This document shows positions 10,075 through 20,812 of a stretch of 64,000 bases of DNA, piece after piece. Made by a program: the position numbers and the translations under genes. Below the pieces are notes generated by a model. That model saw nothing but the letters and a program-made list of their open reading frames with translations. It ran no database searches and was not told the origin of the DNA. The DNA comes from Halorussus marinus (GTDB lineage: Archaea > Halobacteriota > Halobacteria > Halobacteriales > Haladaptataceae): NCBI RefSeq assembly GCF_004765795.1, contig NZ_SBIV01000008.1, positions 124,001 through 188,000 on the forward strand, written 5' to 3'. The stretch's first letter is position 1; each line of letters starts with the position of its first letter.

Positions 10075-10665
10075 CTACCGGTTTTCGTCGTCCTCGAAGT
10101 CGATGTCGTAGGCGTCGTCGTCCATCCGATAGGTGTCGTCGTCGGTCGACGAGTCGCGCGTCGCCTCCCCGGAGTCGGTACCGCCCGTGCCGGGACCGCC
10201 GGGACCGAACCCGCCGCCTGCGCCCGGACCCGCGCTCGCGTCCTCGGCGTTCGGGAACCCGAACGTGTAGACGTTGCCGGTGGCGAACCCGCCGGTCTTC
10301 TGCTCGACGTAGGGTTTGATCACCCACTTCTGGACCGCCTCGCGGACGAGGATGCGACTCGGCGGGAAGGCCAACAGGAACCCGACCGCGTCGGTCACCA
10401 GCCCGGGCGTGAGCAGGAACGCGCCCGCGGCGATGAGGAGCGCGCCGTCGGTGAGTTCGTCGGTCGGGACGCCGCCCTCGGCGAGGCGCCGCTGGAGTTT
10501 GCGGACGGTGTGGCGGCCCTCGGCGCGGACGAACAGCATGCCGAGCAGTGCGGTCAACACCACGAGCGCGACGGTCGGGACCGCGCCCAACTGCGCCGCC
10601 ACGAAGACGAGGAACAGGGCGTCCAGCAGCGGGATGAGGAGGAGCGCGGCGAGTGCGCGTTTCAT
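10075..10665 (-). CDS. fxsA: FxsA family membrane protein
   Basis: LLIPLLDA...FLLTPGLVTDAVGFLL, acidic tail. Confidence 0.88.
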   Translation of the reverse strand: MKRALAALLLIPLLDALFLVFVAAQLGAVPTVALVVLTALLGMLFVRAEGRHTVRKLQRRLAEGGVPTDELTDGALLIAAGAFLLTPGLVTDAVGFLLAFPPSRILVREAVQKWVIKPYVEQKTGGFATGNVYTFGFPNAEDASAGPGAGGGFGPGGPGTGGTDSGEATRDSSTDDDTYRMDDDAYDIDFEDDENR

Positions 10666-10708
10666 CGGTCGTTCTTGATCCGGATTGTCGCTCGCGCGGT
10701 AAAACCCT

Positions 10709-11374
10709 TTAGGTGCGAGGGCTTTCGTCGCGAAGCCGTCTCCAGTCGAGACGGAGGTAATGAACCAGCGTCCCGGTCAGCCCGAGGCGCTCGACGCGTC
10801 GCGGGGACGTCTCGACCAGCGCCTCGGGGTGGTAGCCCGTCGGGTACCGCCGCGCGAGTTCGCGGCTGAAGGCGGTGTCCTCGTTGGGCACGTTCGGGAA
10901 CCCGCCGACGTCGGCGTACGCGTTCCGGCGCACGAAGCAGTTGAACCCCGGAAGGATCGGCCGACCGAGCCGCGGGAAGACGTGGTTGATCGTCGCCGCC
11001 ATCGCCGTCGCTCGCAGACAGTCGGGCATGCGACATCGCGAGGACGCGGCCGCGAGCCCGTTCTTGCGGACGAACGCCAGCATCGCGTCGAGGTAGTCCG
11101 GATCGACCGCGGTATCGGCGTCGACGAACGCCAGCCACTCACCGTCGGTGGCCTGCGCCCCGCGGTGGCGGGCGGCGCCGATGCCGGGGTCGCGCTGGTC
11201 GACGACCGCGGCGCCGTACCGTCGCGCGATCGCGGCGGTGTCGTCGTCGCTGTCCCCATCGACGACGACGATCTCGTACTCTCGGTCGGTCCGCTGGTCG
11301 CGGATGCTCGCCAGCGCGTCCGGGAGGTAGGCCGCCTCGTCTTTCGCGGGGACGACGAAGCTGACTGCGGGCAT
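10709..11374 (-). CDS. glycosyltransferase family 2
   Basis: VSFVVPAKDE, VVDGDSDD, FVDAD, VGGF..EDTAFS, ETSPRR. Confidence 0.9.
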   Translation of the reverse strand: MPAVSFVVPAKDEAAYLPDALASIRDQRTDREYEIVVVDGDSDDDTAAIARRYGAAVVDQRDPGIGAARHRGAQATDGEWLAFVDADTAVDPDYLDAMLAFVRKNGLAAASSRCRMPDCLRATAMAATINHVFPRLGRPILPGFNCFVRRNAYADVGGFPNVPNEDTAFSRELARRYPTGYHPEALVETSPRRVERLGLTGTLVHYLRLDWRRLRDESPRT

Positions 11375-11549
11375 GGTGGGGACTCCGGTTCGGGTCGACG
11401 GAGTTCGAGGGCGAGGAGTAAGGGTCTTTCCGCCGGAGGTCGTAGGACCGACCGGCCGATGACGAGGCGATCGCTCCGAGCCGGTCTCGGCAGCCGGCGG
11501 TGACGAGCCCTATGAGTGCCGAGGCCGACGCCGTTCGAGCCGACGGGGC

Positions 11550-12098
11550 TCACTCGTTTCGTTCGCGATGACGCGCTTCGAGCCGCTGGTATCGGTCGTC
11601 GGCCCGCGCTCGCTCCAGCCAGACCGCGTAGACCAGCGCGGCCTCTCGCTTGTCGTGGTCGGCCCAGTGGACCGGCTCGCGAGGCTCGCCGTCCTCGTAC
11701 TTGCGCCCGCCGGGGTACCGGGCGTAGCGCATCGCCCGGGTGTAGCCCATCTGGAGGTACTTGCGCGCCATATCCATCCCGACGAACTCGCCGGTCCGGC
11801 CGTAGGCCCGAAACTGGTTGTAGATCGCTTCGCCGGCCTCGTCGGCGGTCTCGCGGTCGGCGTACCCCCACAGCGGGAGGAGTTCGGACTTGTACGGCTG
11901 GACTTTGAACACGCCCTCCTCGCCGCGGCCGATATCGTAGCGCTCGGGATGTCGCCGGTAATCGACGTCGTGGGCCGCCTCGTCGCGGACGTGGGGCGGC
12001 GCGGTCGCCTCGGCGCTATCGGGCGGCGAGTCTGTGGCCTCGTCGCCGTCGGACGCTCCGACCGTCTTCTCGTCCGGGTGCGAGTCGTCGGGTGTCAC
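11550..12098 (-). CDS. DUF4385-like protein
   Basis: IGRGEEGVFKVQPYKSELLP and MDMARKYLQMGYTRAMRYA..GGRKY signatures. Confidence 0.75.
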   Translation of the reverse strand: MTPDDSHPDEKTVGASDGDEATDSPPDSAEATAPPHVRDEAAHDVDYRRHPERYDIGRGEEGVFKVQPYKSELLPLWGYADRETADEAGEAIYNQFRAYGRTGEFVGMDMARKYLQMGYTRAMRYARYPGGRKYEDGEPREPVHWADHDKREAALVYAVWLERARADDRYQRLEARHRERNE

Positions 12099-12275
12099 GC
12101 TTTCGAGTTCGCGTTCGTCGGTGAAATGTCCTGCTCACCCGCCGGCCGACCGACAAAACAACCATGGGCCTGTCGTCCGAAGGGCCGGTATGAACAGCAC
12201 GTCCGTCCCCGCGGAGGGCCGACCGCGGCCGGCCGCGTCGGGGTCCGATCGCGACAGACGACCGCGAGGGCCGCG

Positions 12276-13802
12276 ATGACGGTCCTCGTGCTCGGCGACC
12301 AGCTCACGCGGCGGGTCGGGCCGGTCGCGGCCCGGCCCGACGACCGCGTGCTGTTGATCGAGGCCCGCGAGTTCGCCCGTCGGCTGCCGTACCACCCCCA
12401 CAAGCTCACGCTCGTGTTCGGCGCCATGCGGGCGTACCGCGACGAGCTCCGAGACGCGGGCCGCGAGGTCGAGTACGTCCGCGCCGAGACGTTCCGGGAG
12501 GGGCTCGCGACCCACTTCGACGCCCACCCGAACGACGACCTGACGGTCATGCGACCGTCGAGCCACGGCGGGGCCGAGCGGCTCCGACGGCTGGTCGAGC
12601 GTGAGGGGGGCCGGCTCGACGTCGTCGACAACGACCTGTTTCTCTGCTCGCGGTCGGCGTTCGCGTCGTTCGCGAGCGATCGGACCCAGCCGTACCGCCA
12701 CGAGGAGTTCTACCGGTTCATGCGCCGGAAGACCGGCTACCTGATGGCCGACGGCGAGCCGGTCGGCGGCGAGTGGAACTACGACGACCAGAACCGCGAG
12801 TTCCCCGACGAGTCGTACGATCCGCCCGACCCGCCGGCGTACGACCCCGACGAGCGCACTCGCGAAGTCGCCGAGTGGGTCCGCGAGGAGTTCGACGGCG
12901 GGTACGAAGCGCCGCCGTACGGCGGCGACTGGGCCGACCCCGAGCCGTTCCGCTGGCCGGTCACCCGCGCCGACGCCCTCGACGCGCTCGATCGGTTCGT
13001 CGACGAGCGCCTCGCGGCCTTCGGGCCGTATCAGGACGCCATGCTCGAAGACGAGTGGGCCATGCACCACGCCCTGCTGTCGGTCCCGCTCAACCTCGGG
13101 CTCCTCGGTCCCGACGAGGTCATCGAGCGAGTGCTCGACGGCGCCCGGGCCGATCCGGACGTCCCGCTGAACAGCGTCGAGGGGTTCGTCCGCCAGGTCC
13201 TCGGCTGGCGGGAGTTCGTCCGGGGCGTCTACGCCGAGACGATGCCGGAGCTCGCGACCGCGAACCAGCTCGAAGCCAGCCAAGCCCTCCCGGAGTTCTA
13301 CTGGACGGGGGAGACCGAGATGGCCTGCCTCGCGGACGCGGTCGACGGAGTTCGAAAGCGCGGGTACAGCCACCACATCCAGCGGCTCATGGTGCTTTCG
13401 AACTTCGGGCTCCTGTACGGCGTCGAGCCCCGCCGGCTCAACCGGTGGTTTCACGCCGGCTACGTCGACGCCTACCACTGGGTGACCACGCCCAACGTCG
13501 TCGAGATGGGCCTCTACGGCGCGGGGGCGTTCGCGAGCAAGCCGTACGCCGCGTCGGCCAACTACGTCGACGGGATGAGCGACTACTGCGGGGGCTGTGC
13601 CTACGATCCCGACGCGACCACGGACGAGGGCGCCTGCCCGTTCAACGCCCTCTACTGGGACTTCCTCGATCGGAACGAAGAGCGCCTGGGCGACAACTAC
13701 CGGATGGGCCTCGTCTACTCGCACCTCGAAGACAAGGACGTCGAGGCGATCCGCGAGCGCGCCGAGACGGTCCGGCGCATGACCGACGACGGGGTGGTCT
13801 GA
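12276..13802 (+). CDS. Fe-S cryptochrome/photolyase (PhrB/CryB-like, putative (6-4) photolyase)
   Basis: True start ATG 12276 (MTVLVLGDQL); WNYDDQNR, FGPYQDAM, HHIQRLM, KPYAASANY; four cluster cysteines (MACL, YCGGC, ACPFN). Confidence 0.9.
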   Translation: MTVLVLGDQLTRRVGPVAARPDDRVLLIEAREFARRLPYHPHKLTLVFGAMRAYRDELRDAGREVEYVRAETFREGLATHFDAHPNDDLTVMRPSSHGGAERLRRLVEREGGRLDVVDNDLFLCSRSAFASFASDRTQPYRHEEFYRFMRRKTGYLMADGEPVGGEWNYDDQNREFPDESYDPPDPPAYDPDERTREVAEWVREEFDGGYEAPPYGGDWADPEPFRWPVTRADALDALDRFVDERLAAFGPYQDAMLEDEWAMHHALLSVPLNLGLLGPDEVIERVLDGARADPDVPLNSVEGFVRQVLGWREFVRGVYAETMPELATANQLEASQALPEFYWTGETEMACLADAVDGVRKRGYSHHIQRLMVLSNFGLLYGVEPRRLNRWFHAGYVDAYHWVTTPNVVEMGLYGAGAFASKPYAASANYVDGMSDYCGGCAYDPDATTDEGACPFNALYWDFLDRNEERLGDNYRMGLVYSHLEDKDVEAIRERAETVRRMTDDGVV

Positions 13803-13832
13803 GATGGCGACGATCGCCGACCGGAGGCACCG

Positions 13833-15269
13833 ATGAGCCGGCCCCGGACCGCCGTGGTCTGGTTCCGGCGGGACCTCCGGACCCACGATCACGAGCCCCT
13901 CGTCGAGGCCGCCGCGGCCGACCGGCTCCTGCCGGTCTACGTGTTCGACCCCGAACGCTACGGGACGCGGGAGTTCGGCGGCGACGACTCGTTCGCCTAC
14001 GAGAAGACCGGCGGGTTTCGCACGCGGTTCCGTCTGGAGGCCGTCGCGGACCTCCGGTCGCGGCTCCGGGCGGCGGGCAGTGACCTCCTCGTCCGCGTCG
14101 GCCCGGCGCCGGCCACGGTGGCCGACCTCGCCGACGACGTCGACGCCGACGCCGTGTACGCACACACCCGCCCGACGCCCGAAGAGCGCGCCGTCGAGAC
14201 CGCCCTCGCCGAGCGGCTCGCCGACGCCGGCGTCGCGTTCGAGCGGTACTGGGGCCACACGCTCTATCGGCCCGAGGACCTCCCCTCGAGCGTCGAGGAG
14301 ATCGACGACACGTACACGCCGTTCAGACACGCCGTCGAGTCGGAGGCGACCGTCCGGGAGCCCCTCGATCGGCCCGCGGTGCCGGCGCGACCGGCGGTCG
14401 AACCGGGCGAGATCCCGACCGCCGAGGCACTCGGCGTCGAGCCCGCGACCGACGACGACCGGGCGGCGCTGGCCTTCGAGGGCGGGGAGACCGCGGGACT
14501 CGACCGACTGGAGACGTACCTCTGGACGACCGACAGCCTCCGGGAGTACAAACAGACGCGCAACGGACTGGTGGGTCGGGACTACTCCTCGAAGCTCTCG
14601 GCGTGGCTCAACGAAGGGTGTCTGTCCCCGAGACGGGTCCACGAGGCGGTCGAGCGATACGAGGCCGAACGCGTCGCCAACGACTCGACCTACTGGCTCG
14701 TCTTCGAACTGCTGTGGCGGGACTTCTTCCAGTTCCAGTTCGCCAAACACGGCGCGCAGTTCTTCGCGCGGGAGGGGATCCGGCGCCGGGAGATCGACTG
14801 GCGCGAGGACCCCGCGGCGCTCGCCCGCTGGAAGCGGGGCGAGACCGGGATCCCGTTCGTCGACGCCGCGATGCGCGAACTCACCGAGACCGGCTACCTC
14901 TCGAACCGGGGCCGCCAGATCGCCGCGTCGTTTCTCGCCAACGACCTCCGGATCGACTGGCGACGCGGCGCCGCGTACTTCGAGACTCGGTTGGTCGACT
15001 ACGACCCCGCGTCGAACTACGGCAACTGGGCGTACGTCGCCGGCGTCGGCAACGACTCGCGGAACCGGAAGTTCGACGTGCTGGGTCAGGCCCACTACTA
15101 CGACCCCGAGGCGGCGTACGTGAAACGCTGGGTGCCCGCGGTCGAGCCCCTGGAGCCGGCGGACGCCCACGCACCGTGGCGGCTCTCGGCCGAGCGCCGA
15201 CGCGAACTCGGCGTCGAGTACCCCGACCCGGTGCTCGAACTCCCGCCCGCCGACGAGACCGACGAGTGA
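13833..15269 (+). CDS. DASH family cryptochrome
   Basis: [58 protein letters not shown]. Confidence 0.92.
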   Translation: MSRPRTAVVWFRRDLRTHDHEPLVEAAAADRLLPVYVFDPERYGTREFGGDDSFAYEKTGGFRTRFRLEAVADLRSRLRAAGSDLLVRVGPAPATVADLADDVDADAVYAHTRPTPEERAVETALAERLADAGVAFERYWGHTLYRPEDLPSSVEEIDDTYTPFRHAVESEATVREPLDRPAVPARPAVEPGEIPTAEALGVEPATDDDRAALAFEGGETAGLDRLETYLWTTDSLREYKQTRNGLVGRDYSSKLSAWLNEGCLSPRRVHEAVERYEAERVANDSTYWLVFELLWRDFFQFQFAKHGAQFFAREGIRRREIDWREDPAALARWKRGETGIPFVDAAMRELTETGYLSNRGRQIAASFLANDLRIDWRRGAAYFETRLVDYDPASNYGNWAYVAGVGNDSRNRKFDVLGQAHYYDPEAAYVKRWVPAVEPLEPADAHAPWRLSAERRRELGVEYPDPVLELPPADETDE

Positions 15270-15397
15270 CCGGCGGGGCGGACCGACCTCGCGCTTGCCG
15301 GCGCGGCGTCGCCGACGAGGTCCGACCGCGTCGCGTGCCCGCGGTCTCCGTGGGCGGAGAGCGAACGGTTTTTGGAGCGGTTGTCCGAACACGCGCC

Positions 15398-15943
15398 ATG
15401 GAGAAGCTACGCGAGTCGCTCCACGACGCACCGATCGTCGACAAGGACGGCTACCAGTACCTCGTCCACCCCATCAGCAACGGGGTGCCGATGCTCGAAC
15501 CCGAACTGCTCCGGGAGGTCGTGGTCGGGATCACGCAGGCGGCCGATCTCGACGTGGACAAGATCGTCGCGCCCGAGGCGATGGGGATCCACATCGCGAC
15601 CGCGCTGTCGCTCCAGACCGACGTGCCCCTCGTGGTCATCCGCAAGCGCGAGTACGGCCTCGACGGCGAGGTCGCGCTCCACCAGACCACCGGCTACTCG
15701 GAGTCAGAGATGTTCATCAACGACGTCGAGGCGGGCGACCGCGTGCTGATCGTCGACGACTTGCTGTCGACCGGTGGCACGCTGGTGGGCATCACCGACG
15801 CGCTCGACGACATCGGCGCCGAGATCGCCGACATCGCGGTGGTCATCCGGAAAGTCGGCGGATCGGCGCTCGACGACACCGACTACGAGGCGACCAGCCT
15901 CGTCGACATCTCGGTCGAGGACTACGAAGTGACCATCCACTGA
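15398..15943 (+). CDS. hpt: purine (hypoxanthine/guanine/adenine) phosphoribosyltransferase, archaeal type
   Basis: ATG 15398; [37 protein letters not shown] motif. Confidence 0.88.
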   Translation: MEKLRESLHDAPIVDKDGYQYLVHPISNGVPMLEPELLREVVVGITQAADLDVDKIVAPEAMGIHIATALSLQTDVPLVVIRKREYGLDGEVALHQTTGYSESEMFINDVEAGDRVLIVDDLLSTGGTLVGITDALDDIGAEIADIAVVIRKVGGSALDDTDYEATSLVDISVEDYEVTIH

Positions 15944-16125
15944 CCCGCAGGTCCGGCCGTCGCGGACGCCGAGCGCGCGACGGTGATCGGCGAACCGCGC
16001 CGTCGGTCTCTGCGGGTCGCCAGATTCTTATGCACGAATTTGCCCATATCTCTGCATTCAGGGCCCGAATATACGCTCGAACGCGGAACTATTATTGAGG
16101 GCGACCGTCTCGTGGGGCGTACACA

Positions 16126-17508
16126 ATGTCGAGCGAGACGGACGGAGAGATAGACATCGAGTACGACCTCGACGAGCGACCGCCGCTGGCGAAGTCGCTC
16201 CTGCTCGGGGTACAGCACGTCGCGGTGATGATCGTGCCGGCGACCGCGGTCGCGTACATCGTCGCGGGCGCGGTCGGGCTGGACGCCGCCAACACCGCCT
16301 ACATCGTCCAGATGGTGTTGCTGTTCTCCGGGCTGGCGACCGTGGTACAGGCGTACACCGTCGGGCCGGTCGGCGCGCGCCTCCCGATCGTGATGGGGAC
16401 CAGTTTCACCTTCGTGGGCGCGGCCTCGACCATCGGCGTGAACTACGGGCTCGGCGCGGTGTTCGGCGCGATACTCGTCGCCGGCTTCGCGGTCGAGGGG
16501 CTGATCGGCTGGCAGTTCAAACGCATCAAACCCTTCTTCCCGCCGCTGGTGACCGGACTCGTGGTCCTCATCATCGGGCTCTACCTGATCCCGGTCGCGA
16601 TGGACTACTCGGCCGGCGGCGTCGGCGCGAGCGACTACGGCGCGCTCCACAACGTGGGGCTGGCCGCGCTGGTGCTTTTCGTCTCGGTCGGGCTCAACCT
16701 CTTTACCGACGGCGTCACGCGCCTACTGAGCACGCTGGTGGGGCTGGCGGTCGGCTACGTCGCCGCGCTCGGGATCGGACTGGTCGACTTCGGGCCCGTC
16801 GGGGCGGCGTCGTGGGTCGCGGTGCCCCAGCCGGGCGCGTTCGGCTTCGCGTTCGAACCGGTCCCGATCGTCACCTTCGCGTTCCTGTTTCTGGTGTCGG
16901 CGATGGAGACGGTCGGCGACATGTCGGGCATCACGGCCGCCGAGGGGCGAAACCCCGACAACGACGAACTCCGGGGCGGGCTGTTCACCGACGGCCTGCT
17001 GAGTTCGATCGGGGCGGCCTTCGGTGCGTTCCCCGTCACCTCGTTCTCCCAGAACGCCGGCATCGTCAACTTCACCGGCGTGATGAGCCGCCACGTCGTC
17101 GGCGTCGCCGGAGTGATCCTCGCCGTGCTGGGACTCAGCCCGAAGGTCGGCGCCGCGGTCGCTACCATCCCGAGCGCGGTGTTCGGCGGCGCGGTGTTGC
17201 TGATGGCCGGGATGGTCGCCGCCAGCGGGGCGCGGCTCGTCTTTCTCCACGTCGACCTCGACCGGCGGAACATGGTCATCCTCGCGACCTCGCTCGGGCT
17301 CGGGCTCGGGGTCGCGACCCGCCCCGACGCGCTCCAGGGCCTCCCGCAGGCCGCCCAGACGTTCTTCGGCGAGCCCGTCGTGGTGACCGCGCTCACGGCG
17401 CTGGTGTTCAACACGCTCACGCCCGGCGACCAGAGTCCGCTGTTCGACGCGCCGCCCGAGGAGACCGTCGACGAGGTCTCCGAGAGCCCCGCCCCGACCG
17501 ACGACTGA
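16126..17508 (+). CDS. NCS2 family xanthine/uracil permease
   Basis: LLGVQHV, FPPLVTG, ETVGD, TSFSQNAGIVNFTG NAT signature. Confidence 0.93.
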   Translation: MSSETDGEIDIEYDLDERPPLAKSLLLGVQHVAVMIVPATAVAYIVAGAVGLDAANTAYIVQMVLLFSGLATVVQAYTVGPVGARLPIVMGTSFTFVGAASTIGVNYGLGAVFGAILVAGFAVEGLIGWQFKRIKPFFPPLVTGLVVLIIGLYLIPVAMDYSAGGVGASDYGALHNVGLAALVLFVSVGLNLFTDGVTRLLSTLVGLAVGYVAALGIGLVDFGPVGAASWVAVPQPGAFGFAFEPVPIVTFAFLFLVSAMETVGDMSGITAAEGRNPDNDELRGGLFTDGLLSSIGAAFGAFPVTSFSQNAGIVNFTGVMSRHVVGVAGVILAVLGLSPKVGAAVATIPSAVFGGAVLLMAGMVAASGARLVFLHVDLDRRNMVILATSLGLGLGVATRPDALQGLPQAAQTFFGEPVVVTALTALVFNTLTPGDQSPLFDAPPEETVDEVSESPAPTDD

Positions 17509-17602
17509 CCGGGCGGCGCTCGACCGAGTCGGCCCGTCTCCGCGTCGTCGGGCCGGCGTGTCGACCCACCGGTCCGAATCGCCGAACGGTTCTTTTCGTG
17601 CG

Positions 17603-20389
17603 TCACTCCGCGGCCGACGCGCCGCTCCCGGCGTCGTACTCGTAGTCGTCGCCGATCTCGTCGAGGACCCGATCGTGGAACTCCTGGAGGACCGCGCTCT
17701 CGTCCTCGGCGAGCACCACGTCGCTCGCCATCAGGGTGGCGAGTCCGAACGCCTTCGGCGTCGGGGAGTCGACTCGGTGTTGGACGACCTCGATGTCGCC
17801 GGCCCGCACGTCGGCGATCACGTCCTCGATCGCCGACACCGCCAGTTTGTCCTCGACGATCTCGCGGTAGGTCTCCTCGACGACCGCGAACCCGTCTAAC
17901 TCCTCGGCGAACCCGAGGAGCATCTCGCTCGAGATCTGCTGTTCGCTCGCGGACTTCTCGTAGCCCTTGTAGCGTTTGAGGATCATCAGCGCCCGAGTCG
18001 CGTTGATCCGGAAGTACCGCTGGAGGAGTTCGGTGCCCCCGAGCGCCGCCCGGAGGTCCGGCCGCACGTCGTCGGGGTCGATGTCCCGGACGATCTGGGC
18101 CACGTCGACCTTCCGGTTCAGCGGCATCGACACCGTGAAACCGTGGTCGGCGACCGCGACCGAGACGTTGGTGTTGGCGGCGTTGGCACACCGGTAGGCG
18201 ACCAGTCGCGAGAGGCCGTCGTTGAACTGCCGGCCGTAGTTCGAGTGGACGTAGTACCGGCGCTCGTACTCCGACCGGTCGAGTTCGACCTCGACCGGGA
18301 GCCGCGCGTCGGTCGCGACGCTCGCGGGGCCGGCGTACCGGACCTGCTCGTCGAACATCCGGGCGATCGCCCGGACGCTGTTCTCGTCGAGCGGGAACTC
18401 CCGGAGCCACACCCGGACCGCCGGCCGACCGCGCTTCTCGAAGCGATCGAGGAGGTCGGCCTGAAACGCGAGGATCCCCCGACCGAGGTCGTAGGACAGC
18501 GGGAGTCGCTCGGAGAACCACGACGGGACCGTCGGCCGGGCGTTGGTCCGATCGGCGTACACCTTCGAGCCACGTCGGTACCGGAACTCGAAGTTCTGGC
18601 CGCCGAGGACGAACACGTCGCCTTTCTCCAAGGTGTCGAGATACGACTCGTCGAGGTCGCCGACCCACTCGTCGTCGGCGCGGGTGAACACGTCGCAGGT
18701 GAACGAGTCGGGGATGGTTCCGATGTTGGTCATGTAGATGACCCGAGCCAGCCGGCCGCGCTTGCCGACCAGCGCCTCGCCCACGTCGTACTCGGGGTAG
18801 TGGTACTCGCCGTCGGGCGGGTCGTTGTCGTCGCGCCAGATCTTCGCGTAGACGTTCTTGTCTTCGAGCCCCTCGTAGTCCGAGGTGAGATACCGGAACA
18901 GCGTCTCGAACTGGCCGTCGTCGAACCCCCGGTACGGGTAGGCCCGCCGGAGCGTCTCCCGGACCTCTCGCTCGGGCCGGACCGCGTTTATCGCCATCCC
19001 GTAGACGTGCTGGGCCGCGACGTCGTAGGCCTCCTCGGGGACGAACACCCGGTCGACGAACCCCTCTTGGGCCTTCTTGAGCATGACCGCACACTCGACG
19101 AGTTCGTCGCGGTCGAGCGCCACGACCCGACCGGTGACCGTCTGGCCCAGCTGGTGGCCCGCCCGTCCGACGCGCTGGAGGAGCGACGCCACCGACTTCG
19201 GGGAGCCGACCTGCACCACCAGATCGATGTAAGGCATGTCGATGCCGAGTTCGAGGCTGGTCGAAGTGGTCACCACGTCGAGGCTCCCGGTCTTGAGGTC
19301 GGCCTCGATCGACTGGCGGGCCTCCTTCGAGAGACTGCCGTGGTGACAGCCCGAGTTAGACTCGTCGTAGGCGTCGTAGCGCTCCCGGAGGTTCTGGAGG
19401 ACGCGCTCGGCCCCCGACCGGGTGTTGGTGAACACCAGCGTGTTGGTGTGCTCCCCGATCAGATCGTGGAGTTGGTCGTAGAACCGGTCGGTGACGACCT
19501 CCCGGGGCGTGTTCACGAGGTCGTCGGTCGGACACCGGAGCTCGATGTCGAACTCCCGGACGAACCGGGTGTCGACGATCTCGCAGTCGCGGGGCGGTCC
19601 GACCGGCGCGGTCGAAGCGCCGTCGCCGTCGTCCGCGCCAGCGCTCGGCTCCCGGCCGACGAGGAACTCCGCGATGGTGTCGAGGGGCTCGACGGTCGCC
19701 GAACAGCCGATCCGGGTCGGCGACGACTCGGTCATGTTCTCCAGTCGCTCGAGGCTCACCGCGAGGTGGGTGCCTCGCTTGCCGCCGGCGAGGCTGTGAA
19801 TCTCGTCGACGACGACGTACTCGACGGTTTCGAGCTTCCGCTTGAACTTCGGGGAGTTGAGCAAGATCGCGAGCGTCTCGGGAGTCGTGTTCAGGATGTG
19901 TGGCGTCTCCTCGAGCATCCGCTGGCGCGCCGAGTCCTCGGTGTCGCCGTGCCGGATGGCGTGGCGGATCTCGGGGTCGCCGTCGGCCCGCGCCGCGATC
20001 CCCGAGAGGGGTACCTCCAGATTCCGGTGGATGTCGTTGGCAAGCGACTTGAGCGGCGAGACGTACAGGCAGTAGACGGAGTTTTCGAGTCCCTCCTCGC
20101 GTTCGCGGCGGAACAGTTCGTTGAGTATCGCCGTGAACGACGCCAGCGTCTTCCCGCTCCCGGTCGGGGAGGCCACCAGCGCGTTCTCGCGCTCGCGGAC
20201 AAGCGGGATCGCCTCCTTCTGGGGCGGCGTGAAGAAGCCGCCGTTCTCCGGGACGAACTCGCCGAACCGATCGACCCACCACTCCCGGACCGCGGGTTCC
20301 AGCGACTCCAGCACCGGGGCGTCGTCTATCTCGACCGATTCCGGGTCGAAGTCGTTCTCCCCGCGCGCCAGCAACTCGCGGGCTCCCAT
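17603..20389 (-). CDS. lhr: Lhr-type ATP-dependent helicase
   Basis: SPTGSGKT, SPLKSLANDI, TTPETL, VDEIH, HHGSLS, LELGID, QRVGRAGH. Confidence 0.93.
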   Translation of the reverse strand: MGARELLARGENDFDPESVEIDDAPVLESLEPAVREWWVDRFGEFVPENGGFFTPPQKEAIPLVRERENALVASPTGSGKTLASFTAILNELFRREREEGLENSVYCLYVSPLKSLANDIHRNLEVPLSGIAARADGDPEIRHAIRHGDTEDSARQRMLEETPHILNTTPETLAILLNSPKFKRKLETVEYVVVDEIHSLAGGKRGTHLAVSLERLENMTESSPTRIGCSATVEPLDTIAEFLVGREPSAGADDGDGASTAPVGPPRDCEIVDTRFVREFDIELRCPTDDLVNTPREVVTDRFYDQLHDLIGEHTNTLVFTNTRSGAERVLQNLRERYDAYDESNSGCHHGSLSKEARQSIEADLKTGSLDVVTTSTSLELGIDMPYIDLVVQVGSPKSVASLLQRVGRAGHQLGQTVTGRVVALDRDELVECAVMLKKAQEGFVDRVFVPEEAYDVAAQHVYGMAINAVRPEREVRETLRRAYPYRGFDDGQFETLFRYLTSDYEGLEDKNVYAKIWRDDNDPPDGEYHYPEYDVGEALVGKRGRLARVIYMTNIGTIPDSFTCDVFTRADDEWVGDLDESYLDTLEKGDVFVLGGQNFEFRYRRGSKVYADRTNARPTVPSWFSERLPLSYDLGRGILAFQADLLDRFEKRGRPAVRVWLREFPLDENSVRAIARMFDEQVRYAGPASVATDARLPVEVELDRSEYERRYYVHSNYGRQFNDGLSRLVAYRCANAANTNVSVAVADHGFTVSMPLNRKVDVAQIVRDIDPDDVRPDLRAALGGTELLQRYFRINATRALMILKRYKGYEKSASEQQISSEMLLGFAEELDGFAVVEETYREIVEDKLAVSAIEDVIADVRAGDIEVVQHRVDSPTPKAFGLATLMASDVVLAEDESAVLQEFHDRVLDEIGDDYEYDAGSGASAAE

Positions 20390-20812
20390 TTACCCACGGT
20401 TGGGACCCGGCGCATAAGACCGTTTGGCCACCGGAGTGAAAGTGAAACCGCCACCGGTCGATCGCCTGCGGTGTGGGGGAGTTCGGTTCGATACCTCCTC
20501 GGAGGAGGCAAGCGAAAATAGTATTTAAATTTATGCCACCTTGTGGAAGTGTATTCCGATCCGAGACAGCTTCCTGCTCTGCTTAGGAGCGGTCGCGCCA
20601 TCACACGTACTACTTAAAGAGATTCGGGTCGGTCCCCGATGCGCCGGTGAGCGACCAGCGAGCCGGTTTCTGAGGCCGGGATACCGAGAGCGATTCGGGC
20701 GAAAGGGCCCCAGGCTGGCCGTCGGTCGCCGGCCGTGCCACGGGCCCCCGAATAACTGGCGATAGGGCGCGCACCCGAAGCCGTTAACCGGGTCCGACCC
20801 GCCGGTTCCCAC

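Noticed and set aside
12135..15431. Very long antisense or alternative-frame ORFs (e.g. 12135-15431, 18143-20521, 24205-26994, 42383-44533, 58963-61365, 189-1853)
   Set aside because: Shadow ORFs typical of high-GC DNA. They are Arg/Gly/Val-rich, motif-free and overlap well-supported genes.
19585..19660. Low-complexity insert in Lhr (EPSAGADDGDGASTAPVG) as a mini-intein or mobile repeat
   Set aside because: No intein termini, target duplication or strong hairpin. It looks like an ordinary acidic loop.
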